Positions 1 to 9,260 of a DNA stretch of 64,000 nt are shown here, one piece after another (positions within the stretch are counted from its first letter, which is position 1; each line of letters begins with the position of its first letter). The DNA is from a bacterium (GTDB taxonomy: Bacteria > Patescibacteriota > Minisyncoccia > Phycocordibacterales > UBA2100). The notes under the pieces were generated by a model, which worked only from the letters and a program-made list of their open reading frames with translations, was not told where the DNA came from and did not search any database. The DNA lies in contig JAUSJH010000002.1 of assembly GCA_030647655.1 (NCBI GenBank), positions 130,445 through 194,444 of the forward strand, read 5' to 3'. The position numbers and the translations under genes are program-made.

Positions 1-2
1 CA

Positions 3-2183
3 AAGAAAAAGGCGTTCCTCGCATGTGATGATATGGGAAAAGTCGTGGATGAAACATCCTACGAAGAGCTCGCGAGAAAAATAGAAGCCGCGGCCGCATA
101 CCTCGCCGAACTTGGTCTCACGAAAGGGGACCGCGTCGCTCTCGCGTTCAAAAACTCTCCAGAGCTTCTCATTTTGAGCTGGGCCGCGTGGAGCGCGGGC
201 ATCGTGACGGTCCCCATGGACACCAAGCGCGACACGGGGGAGCAGTATCAGTATAAGCTCAAGCTCAATAAGGCGAAGGTGCTCATCGCGCAGGCGGGTG
301 CGCTCAAGAACATTGAACCGAAATATCTCGAGGGGTTTGAAGTCGTGGAATTTGAGGGTCTGCCTGCGGACTTCAAAAAGACTGAATGGAAGCATGGCCT
401 CATACATCCCGCTCTCGTACTCTTTACCTCCGGCACAACAGGGCATCCCAAAGGAGCGAAACTCTCGCTCGAAAACCTTATTGTGAATGCCGATGGAATA
501 CGCCACTGGCTCAAAATAACCGAGAAGGACACATTTCTCGTGAATCTCCCGCTCCACCACATCAATTCGACGACCTTCTGTCTCGCGACACTTCTTGCGG
601 GAGGTACGATAGCGATACCGCCCAATTACTCAAATTCGCATTTTTGGCAACAGGTCGCGAAGACGGGAGCCACCATCACCTCCATCGTGCAGTCCATCCT
701 TTTCGACCAAGTGGGCCGCGAATCGGAATACAATGAGTTTAAACCTCATATTAAACTAAATAGGATACAGATAGGCTCGGCACCCGTTATTGCCCAGACC
801 GTGCAAGAGTTCATGAGAAAATTCGATATCCCGCTGTATCAAGGGTATGGACACACAGAAACGGCACTCCGCGTTACCGGTGTTTCCATGGATTTATCAG
901 AGAGTCTCTACAAACGCCTTGTCGAGGAAAATTCTATAGGTACGGCCATGCCATGGGCGGATGTGCAAATTATGGGGGAGGAGGGGAAAATCCTCGGTGA
1001 AGAGCAGGAAGGAGAACTCGCAGTCAAAGGCCCTGCGGTAATGGAGGGGTATGTTGGCGAAGAGCCTGCATTCCGCAACGGTTACTTTTTGACCGGTGAC
1101 GTGGGGCTATATCGGATTATAGGAGGGAAGCGGTACTTTTTCCTCAAGGGGCGGAAAAAGGAAATCATTATCAAAGGAGGTATCAATATTTCACCTGTCG
1201 CAGTCGAGAATCACCTGAAGAAAATCTCAAAGGATATCGAGCAGGTGTATGCCGTTAGTGTTGCGGACGAGCGATATGGAGAAGAGATAGGCGCCGTGAT
1301 CGTATGGAAACAGGGAATCGATATTGCACGCGCTAAGCGTCGCCTGAAGTGCACGCTTTTGTTCGGGACGCCGTTCATCAGTCTCTATGAAACTCCAAAA
1401 TACTTGACGTCGCTTACGCTTGAAGAACTGCCGATGACCTCAACCGGCAAAGTACAGCGGACAGTTTTGAAAGACAGTCTTCCGTATGAACGATTCGAAT
1501 CCATCTATGGTCTTGTAAAAACTCCGGAGTACCGTTTTACTGCCCTCCACCGATATTCGCGGTGGGTGCCTGCCTCGTACAAACTCTACAATCTATGCTG
1601 GGCGCCTCTTGTGGCAGAGAAGCTTGAATACGAAAAGAATATTCCGAAGCAGCTCATTATTCTGGCAGCACGTCCGGACGACTCACTAGCAGGACAGATC
1701 GCTCTCATCCGCACCGACCTGTCGAGCGAAGAATTGCTCCATACGACGTACGCTCAACTTCTGGCACCTGAAATTTCCAATCCGCAGGGCAAGCGAATTG
1801 TATGCATATCCATCTGTAGCGCAGATTACCGACCAAAAGGTATTCCCACTGCCTCGAATATTCCGACGCAGGAAGAAGTGCAAAAATATCTGCCGCTCGA
1901 TCCTGTGTATAAATTCCATCAGAAACCGAAAGGGGGAGGCGCTGGCGCCGAACTCGTAGGTCTTATCCCGAACGGCCGCCCCGAAGACAAAAGTTCTCTC
2001 GGATACAACATGCTCCTGAAATATCCGCCCCCAGACGAGAAAATCACAACAACGGAAGGAGCACCGGTCTCAAACCAGCTCATCGAGACGGTGATGGTAA
2101 TGGCGTGCGACGCGGGAATTACAGACGTGTACGCATACTCAAGGCCGGGTGGCCTTGCCGCCTATATGGCTAAGGAAGCTTGA
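3..2183 (+). CDS. Adenylate-forming (acyl-CoA synthetase-like) enzyme with C-terminal GNAT-like extension; 5'-truncated by window edge
   Basis: AMP-binding motifs LFTSGTTGHPKG, YQGYGHTE, FLTGD, KGRKKEIIIKGG, LPMTSTGKVQR. The frame is open upstream of ATG 33 to the window start (KKAFLACDD). About 230 extra C-terminal residues. Confidence 0.85.
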   Translation, partial: KKKAFLACDDMGKVVDETSYEELARKIEAAAAYLAELGLTKGDRVALAFKNSPELLILSWAAWSAGIVTVPMDTKRDTGEQYQYKLKLNKAKVLIAQAGALKNIEPKYLEGFEVVEFEGLPADFKKTEWKHGLIHPALVLFTSGTTGHPKGAKLSLENLIVNADGIRHWLKITEKDTFLVNLPLHHINSTTFCLATLLAGGTIAIPPNYSNSHFWQQVAKTGATITSIVQSILFDQVGRESEYNEFKPHIKLNRIQIGSAPVIAQTVQEFMRKFDIPLYQGYGHTETALRVTGVSMDLSESLYKRLVEENSIGTAMPWADVQIMGEEGKILGEEQEGELAVKGPAVMEGYVGEEPAFRNGYFLTGDVGLYRIIGGKRYFFLKGRKKEIIIKGGINISPVAVENHLKKISKDIEQVYAVSVADERYGEEIGAVIVWKQGIDIARAKRRLKCTLLFGTPFISLYETPKYLTSLTLEELPMTSTGKVQRTVLKDSLPYERFESIYGLVKTPEYRFTALHRYSRWVPASYKLYNLCWAPLVAEKLEYEKNIPKQLIILAARPDDSLAGQIALIRTDLSSEELLHTTYAQLLAPEISNPQGKRIVCISICSADYRPKGIPTASNIPTQEEVQKYLPLDPVYKFHQKPKGGGAGAELVGLIPNGRPEDKSSLGYNMLLKYPPPDEKITTTEGAPVSNQLIETVMVMACDAGITDVYAYSRPGGLAAYMAKEA

Positions 2184-2346
2184 AATAGAGCCGCCGTTTC
2201 ACGATTTCCCCCGCTTTTTCCAATGGGCATTGATTATTTCAGGGGATGCGGTACGATGTCCGCGAATGTAAGTTTTCCACAACTTATTTATATTTGAGTG
2301 GAAAGGTTGGTTTACATTATTTTAGAGGAAACACATACAAAGAATC

Positions 2347-2697
2347 ATGGCTAAGAAGCTATACGTCGGCGGGCTGCCTTACAGCACGACCGATACAGAG
2401 CTCAAAGACGCTTTTGCGCAGGCAGGAGCCGTCGAGTCTGCCACTATCATCATGGACAAGATGAGCGGCCGCTCGAAGGGTTTCGGTTTCGTGGAGATGT
2501 CTTCCGATGAGGAAGCACAGAAGGCGATTGAGATGTGGAATGGGAAGGACTTCGGCGGACGCTCGCTCACAGTAAACGAGGCGCGTCCGATGGAAGACAG
2601 GCCGAAACGCGACTTTCGTGGCGGTGGCGGTGGAGACCGCGGCGGCTACGGAGGCGGACGAGGAGGCAATGGAGGTGGAGGCGGCAGAAGCTGGTAG
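2347..2697 (+). CDS. RRM-domain RNA-binding protein with Gly/Arg-rich tail
   Basis: RNP2 LYVGGL, RNP1 KGFGFVEM, VNEARP, RGG-rich tail. Confidence 0.95.
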   Translation: MAKKLYVGGLPYSTTDTELKDAFAQAGAVESATIIMDKMSGRSKGFGFVEMSSDEEAQKAIEMWNGKDFGGRSLTVNEARPMEDRPKRDFRGGGGGDRGGYGGGRGGNGGGGGRSW

Positions 2698-2718
2698 TTT
2701 TTAGTTTCGCCTTCTCAA

Positions 2719-2747
2719 CACACGGCCCCGCCTTGCGGGGCCGTGTG
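2719..2747 (+). terminator. GC-rich hairpin after RRM gene
   Basis: Perfect 13-bp stem CACACGGCCCCGC/GCGGGGCCGTGTG; no U tract. Confidence 0.5.
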
Positions 2748-2761
2748 GTATGCTTGTATTC

Positions 2762-3812
2762 ATGTGTAAAGCTCTCTCCGCGACCGGCCTTGGCCTTTTT
2801 GTAGCAGTAGCCTTCCTTCCATTATTCGCCTCGGCAGCCACCTGCCCCAATCTCACGCAACCTCTCATACGGCTCGCGCGGGCAGGATATCGTTCAGTTG
2901 CAGAATTTCTTGGTTGCGGAAAGCGATCTCGGAGCTGGGAACAATACCGGCTACTACGGCCGCCTGACCGAAGCGGCGGTGAAATCATGGCAAGTACGAA
3001 ATGGCGTCGTCTCATCGGGAACGCCCGCGACAACCGGCTTCGGAGCCGTCGGCCCGCGCACGCGGGCGAAGATTGCGAATGTGTGTAGAGGAATAATATC
3101 TTCGCCTTTCACCGCCACACCGACATCGGGCGCGGCACCGCTCCAAGTCCAATTTACCTCTCCCTCAAGCTGCGTTCAACCGTACTCCATTGACTTTGGC
3201 GATGGCCAAACCAGCGGGCAAATCGTCGTTCCTCCGTGCAATGCCGATGGTAGCCGTCCATTACAACCAAAAAGTACTTATCATACATACGCCGCCGCGG
3301 GCACATACACGGCAAGCCTCACGGGAGAGGATCGGTCTTCTTGCAGTCCGCCGAACGCTCAAGGATTCGTTCAATGCACGTCTGCATATCGAACTACCCT
3401 CACCGTGACGATTACCGTTTCCGGAAATGGAAACACGGGAGTAAATTTCTCTGTACATCCAACATCTAGCAAGCCGCCGTTCTATGCGATATTCAGAGCC
3501 AATCTCCCGCTGTCTGAATCACCGGACGCATACTTTGTTGATTTCGGCGATGGGACCAACGCGAAAATGATTCGAAATCATGCATCGTGTATCCCGGAAG
3601 ATTATTCATGTACCGGTGGACCAGTTGCGTCGGTGTATGTATCGCACGAATATACAGTGATTGGCGTCTATGCGGCAAAACTCATAAAAGATTTCTCAGG
3701 TTGCATGCGAAATCCTGGAGGACCTTGTCTGCCTGTTTTGAATCAAATGCTCGGAACTCTGACAATTACCGTTGATCCATCGATTCCTATTCCCGATACG
3801 CGTGTGTATTAG
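2762..3812 (+). pseudogene. Secreted peptidoglycan-binding plus tandem PKD-like domain protein, frameshifted near 2855
   Basis: Signal peptide and ATCPNL are in one frame. RNLSYGSRGQDIVQLQNFL...GYYGRLTEAAVKSWQ (PG-binding) and two DFGDG PKD-like repeats are in another. A 2-nt insertion joins them. Confidence 0.75.
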
Positions 3813-3948
3813 TTTCCGATTACTGGGCACCTGTTGCCACTTTAAACCATGCGAACAATTTCTCGACATCTTTTAATATTTTTTACTGTCGCGTGACATA
3901 TCCACATGCGACAAGGTCATTTGTGCCGTTATCGCTCATAATGAGGGG

Positions 3949-4314
3949 ATGAAGTACAGCTCACTGCTTGGGTGGGGGATTGTCATTTATTCGGTCATGG
4001 CGCTTGCGTGGTCAGGCTTTGTCATCTACGGATTGTCGGGGACGCTGACTGGTCGCCTCTTGCAACTTTTGGTTTTGGTAATCGTCACAACGATCGCCGC
4101 CCGCGCGCTCAAGTTCCATTCATGGAAGGATATTCTTCCATACTCTATTCTCTGGGCAATAATGATGGGGCTTTTGGATTCCGTGTACAGCGTACCGTTT
4201 GGTGGGTGGGGAATCTATAGCGATTGGAATCTTTGGGTAGGCTATACGCTTGTGATTCTCGTGCCCCTGCTCGCGCCGAAGACGCGCGCGCTCCCGGCCT
4301 CTCACGAGGTCTGA
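3949..4314 (+). CDS. Hypothetical membrane protein (~4 TM)
   Basis: Four hydrophobic segments; CATAAT 6 nt before ATG. Confidence 0.75.
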   Translation: MKYSSLLGWGIVIYSVMALAWSGFVIYGLSGTLTGRLLQLLVLVIVTTIAARALKFHSWKDILPYSILWAIMMGLLDSVYSVPFGGWGIYSDWNLWVGYTLVILVPLLAPKTRALPASHEV

Positions 4315-4315
4315 T

Positions 4316-4453
4316 ATGCCCCGACACACACAATGGCATCACAACGGTTGCAGAAGACACTGCCGTAACGTGGAACGTTTTGAGATTACCATAGATGCCG
4401 CGCACGCGGCGTATGGCATTGTAGAAACAATGCCATTGTGTGTGTAGGGGTAT
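4316..4453 (+). promoter_or_regulatory. Candidate structured 5' leader/RNA switch of the MFS-like gene
   Basis: 16-bp perfect inverted repeat 4324-4339/4430-4445, extendable over GGGG and the start codon; competing 10-bp hairpin 4413-4436. Confidence 0.45.
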
Positions 4454-5597
4454 GCATGCACTCAGCCTGCATCGGTTCCTTCTGCGCGCCGCACTCGCCA
4501 TCGCCTCCATATTTGCGTGGATATTCGTATTTCAATATTTTTATCTAGTCGAACATGACATCGTCCACGCATTCGCGCGCACTTTGCTCCTCTATGCGCT
4601 CTCGCAGACGATTACGTGCCTTGTCACTCCATATGCCGCGCGCTCTTTGCGCAAAGGTGTGCGCCGCATGCTACTCATCGCCACCTTCTTTCTCGCAAGC
4701 GCATTCGTAATTCTCGGAGGGGCGCTAGTCGGATTTTGGGGTAGCACATATGCATCGTCAGGAATAGTGGCTTTTGCATTCTTGCTAGGCATCTATAGAG
4801 CTCTCTACTGGATCCCGTACGCAGTGGAAGCACGTGCAGTGTCTCGGACACGTGCCACAGTTTGGGGCGAGATACTCATCGCTCTGCTTCCGGCAGTTGC
4901 AGGATTGCTAATCGCTGGCACAGCTTCCGGGCCTCTTTTGGTTCTCTTTATCGGTGCAGGCGCTGTCGCGCTTTCGGCCATTCCCATCCTATACTTTCGC
5001 AACGTCCACGAAAGATTCTCGTGGCGCTTTCGCGAGACTTTCACCGAGCTCTCGGAGCAGAGAAATCGAGCACTCGTCGTCGTAGGACTTCTTGAAGGGA
5101 TGTCGGGCGCGGCTCTTCTTCTTTTTTGGCCGCTTACGATGTTTTTGATGATGGGATGGTCGTACAGCATGCTCGGTATCACGCTCTCGCTCACATTCCT
5201 TGTCGCTGTCTTCGGGCGCTCATTCGTGCGCAAAAGACTGCGCTCGGTACGGCTTCACGATTCGGCGCTCTTGAACACTCTCTTTTCCGTTACGCCGTGG
5301 CTGTTCCGCCTTACCGTCGGGACACCCCTGCAGGCGGTATTGGTGGATTCGTATTTCTATACGACCGTACCACGCCGAAGTGGGATTGACCCCTTCACTT
5401 TTGAACAATCTGCCGACGGCGGCTCATATGTAGACGAATACACGGCACTCAAAGAAATGGCGCTCGCGCTTGGCAGGATAGCCATGTGTTTTCTCGGGGC
5501 GGGTATCGCACTTATGGTATCGCTCCCAGTAGCGTTCATTGTGGTCTTTATCATCGCCGCTATTGCTTCGGCGATGGCCACTCTTGAGCTTTCTTAG
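4452..5597 (+). CDS. MFS-like multi-pass membrane transporter
   Basis: About 11-12 hydrophobic helices in two halves; start taken at ATG 4452. Confidence 0.7.
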   Translation: MHALSLHRFLLRAALAIASIFAWIFVFQYFYLVEHDIVHAFARTLLLYALSQTITCLVTPYAARSLRKGVRRMLLIATFFLASAFVILGGALVGFWGSTYASSGIVAFAFLLGIYRALYWIPYAVEARAVSRTRATVWGEILIALLPAVAGLLIAGTASGPLLVLFIGAGAVALSAIPILYFRNVHERFSWRFRETFTELSEQRNRALVVVGLLEGMSGAALLLFWPLTMFLMMGWSYSMLGITLSLTFLVAVFGRSFVRKRLRSVRLHDSALLNTLFSVTPWLFRLTVGTPLQAVLVDSYFYTTVPRRSGIDPFTFEQSADGGSYVDEYTALKEMALALGRIAMCFLGAGIALMVSLPVAFIVVFIIAAIASAMATLELS

Positions 5598-6046
5598 GCG
5601 AAGAGCGACGAGATAACCGCCTTTACGTCTGCGCCATCAGCGTTGCCTGCGAACTCTTTCATAACAGCGCCCGTGAGCTTGCCAGCGCCGGACGCATCGG
5701 TAATGCCGAGTTCTGTCATTTTCGCTCGTGCAACCTTCTCGATTTCTTCGCGATTTGCAGTCTGCGGGAGGTATGCCTCGATAATTTTTAGCTCATTCGA
5801 TTCCTTTTCGGCGAGCTCGGGTCTGTTGCCCTTGGTAAATTGTTCGGCTGAATCCTTACGCTGTTTTGCAAGCCGTTTGAGTACCGTTATCGCGTCTGCC
5901 TCTGTAAGCTCTTCAGTCGGCTTGCGACCCTTTGCCACAAGCTCATTCGTAAAAGCGGCGAGCGCCCCGCGCAGAGTCTGCACGCGCAAAGCATCCCGCG
6001 CCTTCATGGCGGCGGTCATGTCAGTCCGAATCTTTTGAGTGAGCAT
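5594..6046 (-). CDS. GatB/YqeY domain protein
   Basis: DMTAAMKARD, KQRKDSAEQF, YLPQ, GNADG motifs; start MLTQKI at 6046. Confidence 0.92.
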   Translation of the reverse strand: MLTQKIRTDMTAAMKARDALRVQTLRGALAAFTNELVAKGRKPTEELTEADAITVLKRLAKQRKDSAEQFTKGNRPELAEKESNELKIIEAYLPQTANREEIEKVARAKMTELGITDASGAGKLTGAVMKEFAGNADGADVKAVISSLFA

Positions 6047-6060
6047 CTGAACAGGATAAC

Positions 6061-6095
6061 AAAAGGCTGCATGCGCGCAAGAGCACATGCAGCTT
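6061..6095 (-). terminator. Intrinsic terminator of orphan 6126-6377
   Basis: Stem 6064-6073/6086-6095 followed by TTTT on the minus strand. Confidence 0.6.
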
Positions 6096-6125
6096 AAAAC
6101 GTTCTCGGTTCTTCGAAGACCCACC

Positions 6126-6377
6126 TTATGAGCGAACTCCGGGAATTTCTGCGCACGCTAGCGCCCCTGCCACACGTACCGTTCCCTCGGGCGTTGTTTT
6201 CTTTGTGAACCCCGACAGGATTCTTCCAACGTATTCCCGTCCCTTCTCGATGCATTTTTCTTGTGAACCGTGGAACCTGTCGTTGGTCTCAATCAGGACG
6301 ATTTCGGCTGCGAAAGGTGGTTGGAACGGCTCCGCTGATGCGAAGAACAGTATGGTAACCGCGAGTTCATACATCAT
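6126..6377 (-). CDS. Small hypothetical exported protein
   Basis: GGAGGT SD before MMYELAV; hydrophobic N-terminus; two Cys; own terminator. Confidence 0.6.
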   Translation of the reverse strand: MMYELAVTILFFASAEPFQPPFAAEIVLIETNDRFHGSQEKCIEKGREYVGRILSGFTKKTTPEGTVRVAGALACAEIPGVRS

Positions 6378-6446
6378 GATAATACCTCCACGAATGAGTA
6401 TATTCGACGGCATTTTGAAAGCAACACCGCGTGATAGAATGTGTTC

Positions 6447-7523
6447 ATGGAATGGCTCGTTGTCGGTCTGCTCGTCGCTATTTTGGCGCTACTCACATAT
6501 CTCCTGTGGTTTCGTCGGACGCCGCAGGAAACACAGGGGATGGTCCTGCTTCAGCAACGCATTCAGGAGCTCGAGCGGAGCATGGAGACAAAGCTCGGAG
6601 AAGGGACGGCACGTATGTTCGAGAGCATGAAGACGCAATTCGGCGAGTCGCAGAGACTTGCCTCGGACATTCGTGACTTGGTGGCCAAACAGCTCACGGA
6701 GGTACGCGTCGAGCAAACAAAGACCAACGAATCGACGACCCGCTTCATGGTGATTGCCGAACAGCTCGCGAATCTTGAAAAAGTACTCAAGCATCAAAAG
6801 CAGCGCGGGAATCTCGGCGAAGCATCACTCGAACTCATCCTCTCCAACATCCTGCCGCCCGGCTCCTACAAAATGCAGTACGAATTCCCCGGAGGAGAAA
6901 CGGTAGACGCCGTTGTTGTAACAAAGGAGGGCGTCATTCCGATTGATGCCAAATTCTCGCTCGACAACTATCAGCGCCTCGTCGACGCGATCGACGATAC
7001 CCAGCGTGCCGAACTGGAGAAACAATTCAAGAACGACCTCAAGATGCGCATCGATGAGACCTCGAAGTACGTGCGCCCTAAAGACGGCACCCTGCCATTT
7101 GCATTCATGTATATTCCCGCCGAAGCCATCTACTACGACCTTCTCATCAACGAAGTCGGCTCGGTCAAGGTCAATACGCGCAATCTCATCGACTATGCGT
7201 ACAACGAGAAAAAGGTCATTATCGTTAGCCCCACGACCTTCGCCGCCTATCTCCAGTCAGTCCTCTACGGATTCAAGGCGTTTAAGATAGAGGAGACCGC
7301 AAAAGACATTGCGAAGTTTGTTGAACAGTTAATGAGGCATATGGGCGCCTATGAGCAACACTACGAAGGCCTTGGAAACGCCCTTTCAACTGCCGTAAAT
7401 AAATACAACATTAGTCGCGGTGAATGGAAAAAGATCGACAAAGATATACTGAAAATCACAGGCACGTCCAGCGGATTAGATGTTCCCGCACTGGAAAGGC
7501 CGTCTCTTGCGGCAGATGAGTAA
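6447..7523 (+). CDS. rmuC: DNA recombination protein RmuC
   Basis: N-terminal TM, coiled coil, RGNLGE, IPIDAKF, MYIPAEAIY, VSPTT; ATG 6447 lies 6 nt after TAGAAT. Confidence 0.93.
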   Translation: MEWLVVGLLVAILALLTYLLWFRRTPQETQGMVLLQQRIQELERSMETKLGEGTARMFESMKTQFGESQRLASDIRDLVAKQLTEVRVEQTKTNESTTRFMVIAEQLANLEKVLKHQKQRGNLGEASLELILSNILPPGSYKMQYEFPGGETVDAVVVTKEGVIPIDAKFSLDNYQRLVDAIDDTQRAELEKQFKNDLKMRIDETSKYVRPKDGTLPFAFMYIPAEAIYYDLLINEVGSVKVNTRNLIDYAYNEKKVIIVSPTTFAAYLQSVLYGFKAFKIEETAKDIAKFVEQLMRHMGAYEQHYEGLGNALSTAVNKYNISRGEWKKIDKDILKITGTSSGLDVPALERPSLAADE

Positions 7524-7556
7524 AGAGCGTATCTTGCCCCGCGGAGGTGGTGAACC

Positions 7557-7844
7557 ATGTTCAAACAAATCCCTGGGCATGCACGGGCTCATGACCTGTG
7601 GCTTGCCATTTTGTTGGCTGTTGCGGCTGGGTTAATGACCGGCACGTTACGTGCGGCAATCGGTGCAGCGTTGATTATTGCAGGCGCTTTTTTGGGATCG
7701 CAAGCGACCCATCTGGCGCAAATGCACGGTACCGATCTGCCACCGTCTTGGCTCGAACGTAACATGCAGCAATGGCGCTGGGTCTACGTCGTCTTTGGGG
7801 CGATGGTTGCGCTCATCGGATTGCATCTGTTGCTTTCGAAGTAA
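7557..7844 (+). CDS. Hypothetical 3-TM membrane protein (orphan)
   Basis: GGAGGT SD; hydrophobic helices; own terminator. Confidence 0.65.
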   Translation: MFKQIPGHARAHDLWLAILLAVAAGLMTGTLRAAIGAALIIAGAFLGSQATHLAQMHGTDLPPSWLERNMQQWRWVYVVFGAMVALIGLHLLLSK

Positions 7845-7854
7845 AGGCTCGCTG

Positions 7855-7899
7855 GCCGTGTCCCAAGCTCGGGATGCGGCTTGCCTTTTATGTTTTTTT
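7855..7899 (+). terminator. Intrinsic terminator
   Basis: Stem GCCGTGTCCC/GGGATGCGGC followed by T-rich tract. Confidence 0.6.
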
Positions 7900-7919
7900 C
7901 AATTATATTACTCGAACTT

Positions 7920-8240
7920 ATGGCCAAGATAGCTATCATCGAGACGGGGGGGAAGCAATACGTTGTCGTGAAGGACAGTGTTTTTGATGTTGAGAAAATC
8001 ACGGGAGTAAGCGGAGCTGGGGCTAAGATCATCTTTGATAAAGTGCTTCTCACCGACGACGGTAAGGAAGTCAAAGTCGGCGCGCCGTACGTCTCTGGCG
8101 CCAAAGTGTTTGCCGAATTGGTGGAGGAAGGTCGCGATGCCAAAGTAACGGTTATCCGTTATCGCCAGAAAAGCCGCTATTTCAAGAAAAAGGGCCATCG
8201 CCAGCCGTACGCAAAAGTGCGCATCACCGCACTCCCGTAA
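7920..8240 (+). CDS. rplU: 50S ribosomal protein L21
   Basis: AIIETGGKQY, VGAPYV, KKGHRQPY. Confidence 0.97.
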   Translation: MAKIAIIETGGKQYVVVKDSVFDVEKITGVSGAGAKIIFDKVLLTDDGKEVKVGAPYVSGAKVFAELVEEGRDAKVTVIRYRQKSRYFKKKGHRQPYAKVRITALP

Positions 8241-8254
8241 ACGTTTATTGTATT

Positions 8255-8293
8255 AAAAAATGTGCCCTCGCGCGAGCGGGGCACTACATTTTT
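8255..8293. terminator. Bidirectional terminator between convergent genes
   Basis: A-run, imperfect GC stem (GTGCCC/GGGCAC), T-run. Confidence 0.6.
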
Positions 8294-8315
8294 GTTTGAA
8301 TCTCCGGCAGCTTAT

Positions 8316-8540
8316 TCAGGTCTTCTCTTTAGGAAAGTTGAGAACCTTGCCTTGCGGGGAAGTTGGCTGCTGGAAACCCGTGCAGGCCCTGAGGGATAGA
8401 CGATAACCCTTTTTGACCTCTTCTTTTGTGTTACGGTTAGCGAATCGTTTACCGAATTTGTGAGCGGCAATATGCCATCCGCACAGAGCACACGAGGTGT
8501 TGTCGACTAGCTCCTCCATCGTCAGTCTGTCTTCAGCCAT
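8316..8540 (-). CDS. Small hypothetical protein, possibly Zn-binding
   Basis: GGAGG SD before MAEDRL; CALCGWHIAAH...C pattern. Confidence 0.55.
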   Translation of the reverse strand: MAEDRLTMEELVDNTSCALCGWHIAAHKFGKRFANRNTKEEVKKGYRLSLRACTGFQQPTSPQGKVLNFPKEKT

Positions 8541-8581
8541 CTGGAAACCCTCCGAAAGAACATGTAGGCTCAATATACTGC

Positions 8582-9217
8582 TCATCGTCGGGAATCCAAA
8601 GCGCTTTTTATGGTCTCGGGATCGGCATACTCCAGTTCACTACCGGTTGATAATCCGCGGCCAAGCGTTGTAATGATGAAGTCGTGCTCTTTTGCGAGAG
8701 GGGCTAGCTTCTCGCGCACATGGACCGCCGTAACGTCGCCTTCGGGATTTGCGGGGAAGGCGAGTATAACTTCTTTCAGGCCTCTCCGTTCGGGAATAGA
8801 TTTTAACAATTGTGAGATACGCAGACCGCTCGTTTTTTCCGATGCGAGTGAGATGGTGCCACCGAGAACGAAATAATATCCGCGGAATGTGCCGCTTCGC
8901 TCAAGTGCGGCAAGGTCGGCGTCGGATGCGACAACCGCGAGAAGTTTCGTGTCTCGTTCGGGATTCGAGCACATGCTGCACTTCTTTTTGTCACCTGCGT
9001 GGAAACGCATACATGAAGGACACTGATAGACAGAATCGGAAAGACTTCCGAGCGCGTCGATAAACTCCCGACGGAGTGTGGGAGAGGCGCGAAGCAGGAA
9101 TTGCACGAAGCGCTGTGCTTGCCTCTGGCCGATACCGGGGAAGCGCTCGAACAAGGCGACAAGGCGCTCAATCGAATCGGCCACCCCAGTAGAAATACTT
9201 CGTTCTCTTTCTGCCAT
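8582..9217 (-). CDS. recR: Recombination protein RecR
   Basis: FPGIGQRQAQR HhH, CxxC...CxxC, Toprim YFVLGG/NPEGD, LEYAD. Confidence 0.96.
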   Translation of the reverse strand: MAERERSISTGVADSIERLVALFERFPGIGQRQAQRFVQFLLRASPTLRREFIDALGSLSDSVYQCPSCMRFHAGDKKKCSMCSNPERDTKLLAVVASDADLAALERSGTFRGYYFVLGGTISLASEKTSGLRISQLLKSIPERRGLKEVILAFPANPEGDVTAVHVREKLAPLAKEHDFIITTLGRGLSTGSELEYADPETIKSALDSRR

Positions 9218-9260
9218 ATGAACCTGAAGTGTAGGGCGTATTTCTAACGGGGCAAGTATT

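Noticed and set aside
3898-3906. DnaA-box-like ATATCCACA suggesting oriC
   Set aside because: Single mismatched box, with no cluster and no dnaA/dnaN nearby.
4329-4440. Shared 9-mer GCCATTGTG/CACAATGGC between the 4.3 kb and 54.1 kb structured regions as one repeat family
   Set aside because: Only 9 nt are shared and the arm order is reversed; not distinguishable from chance without a covariance model.
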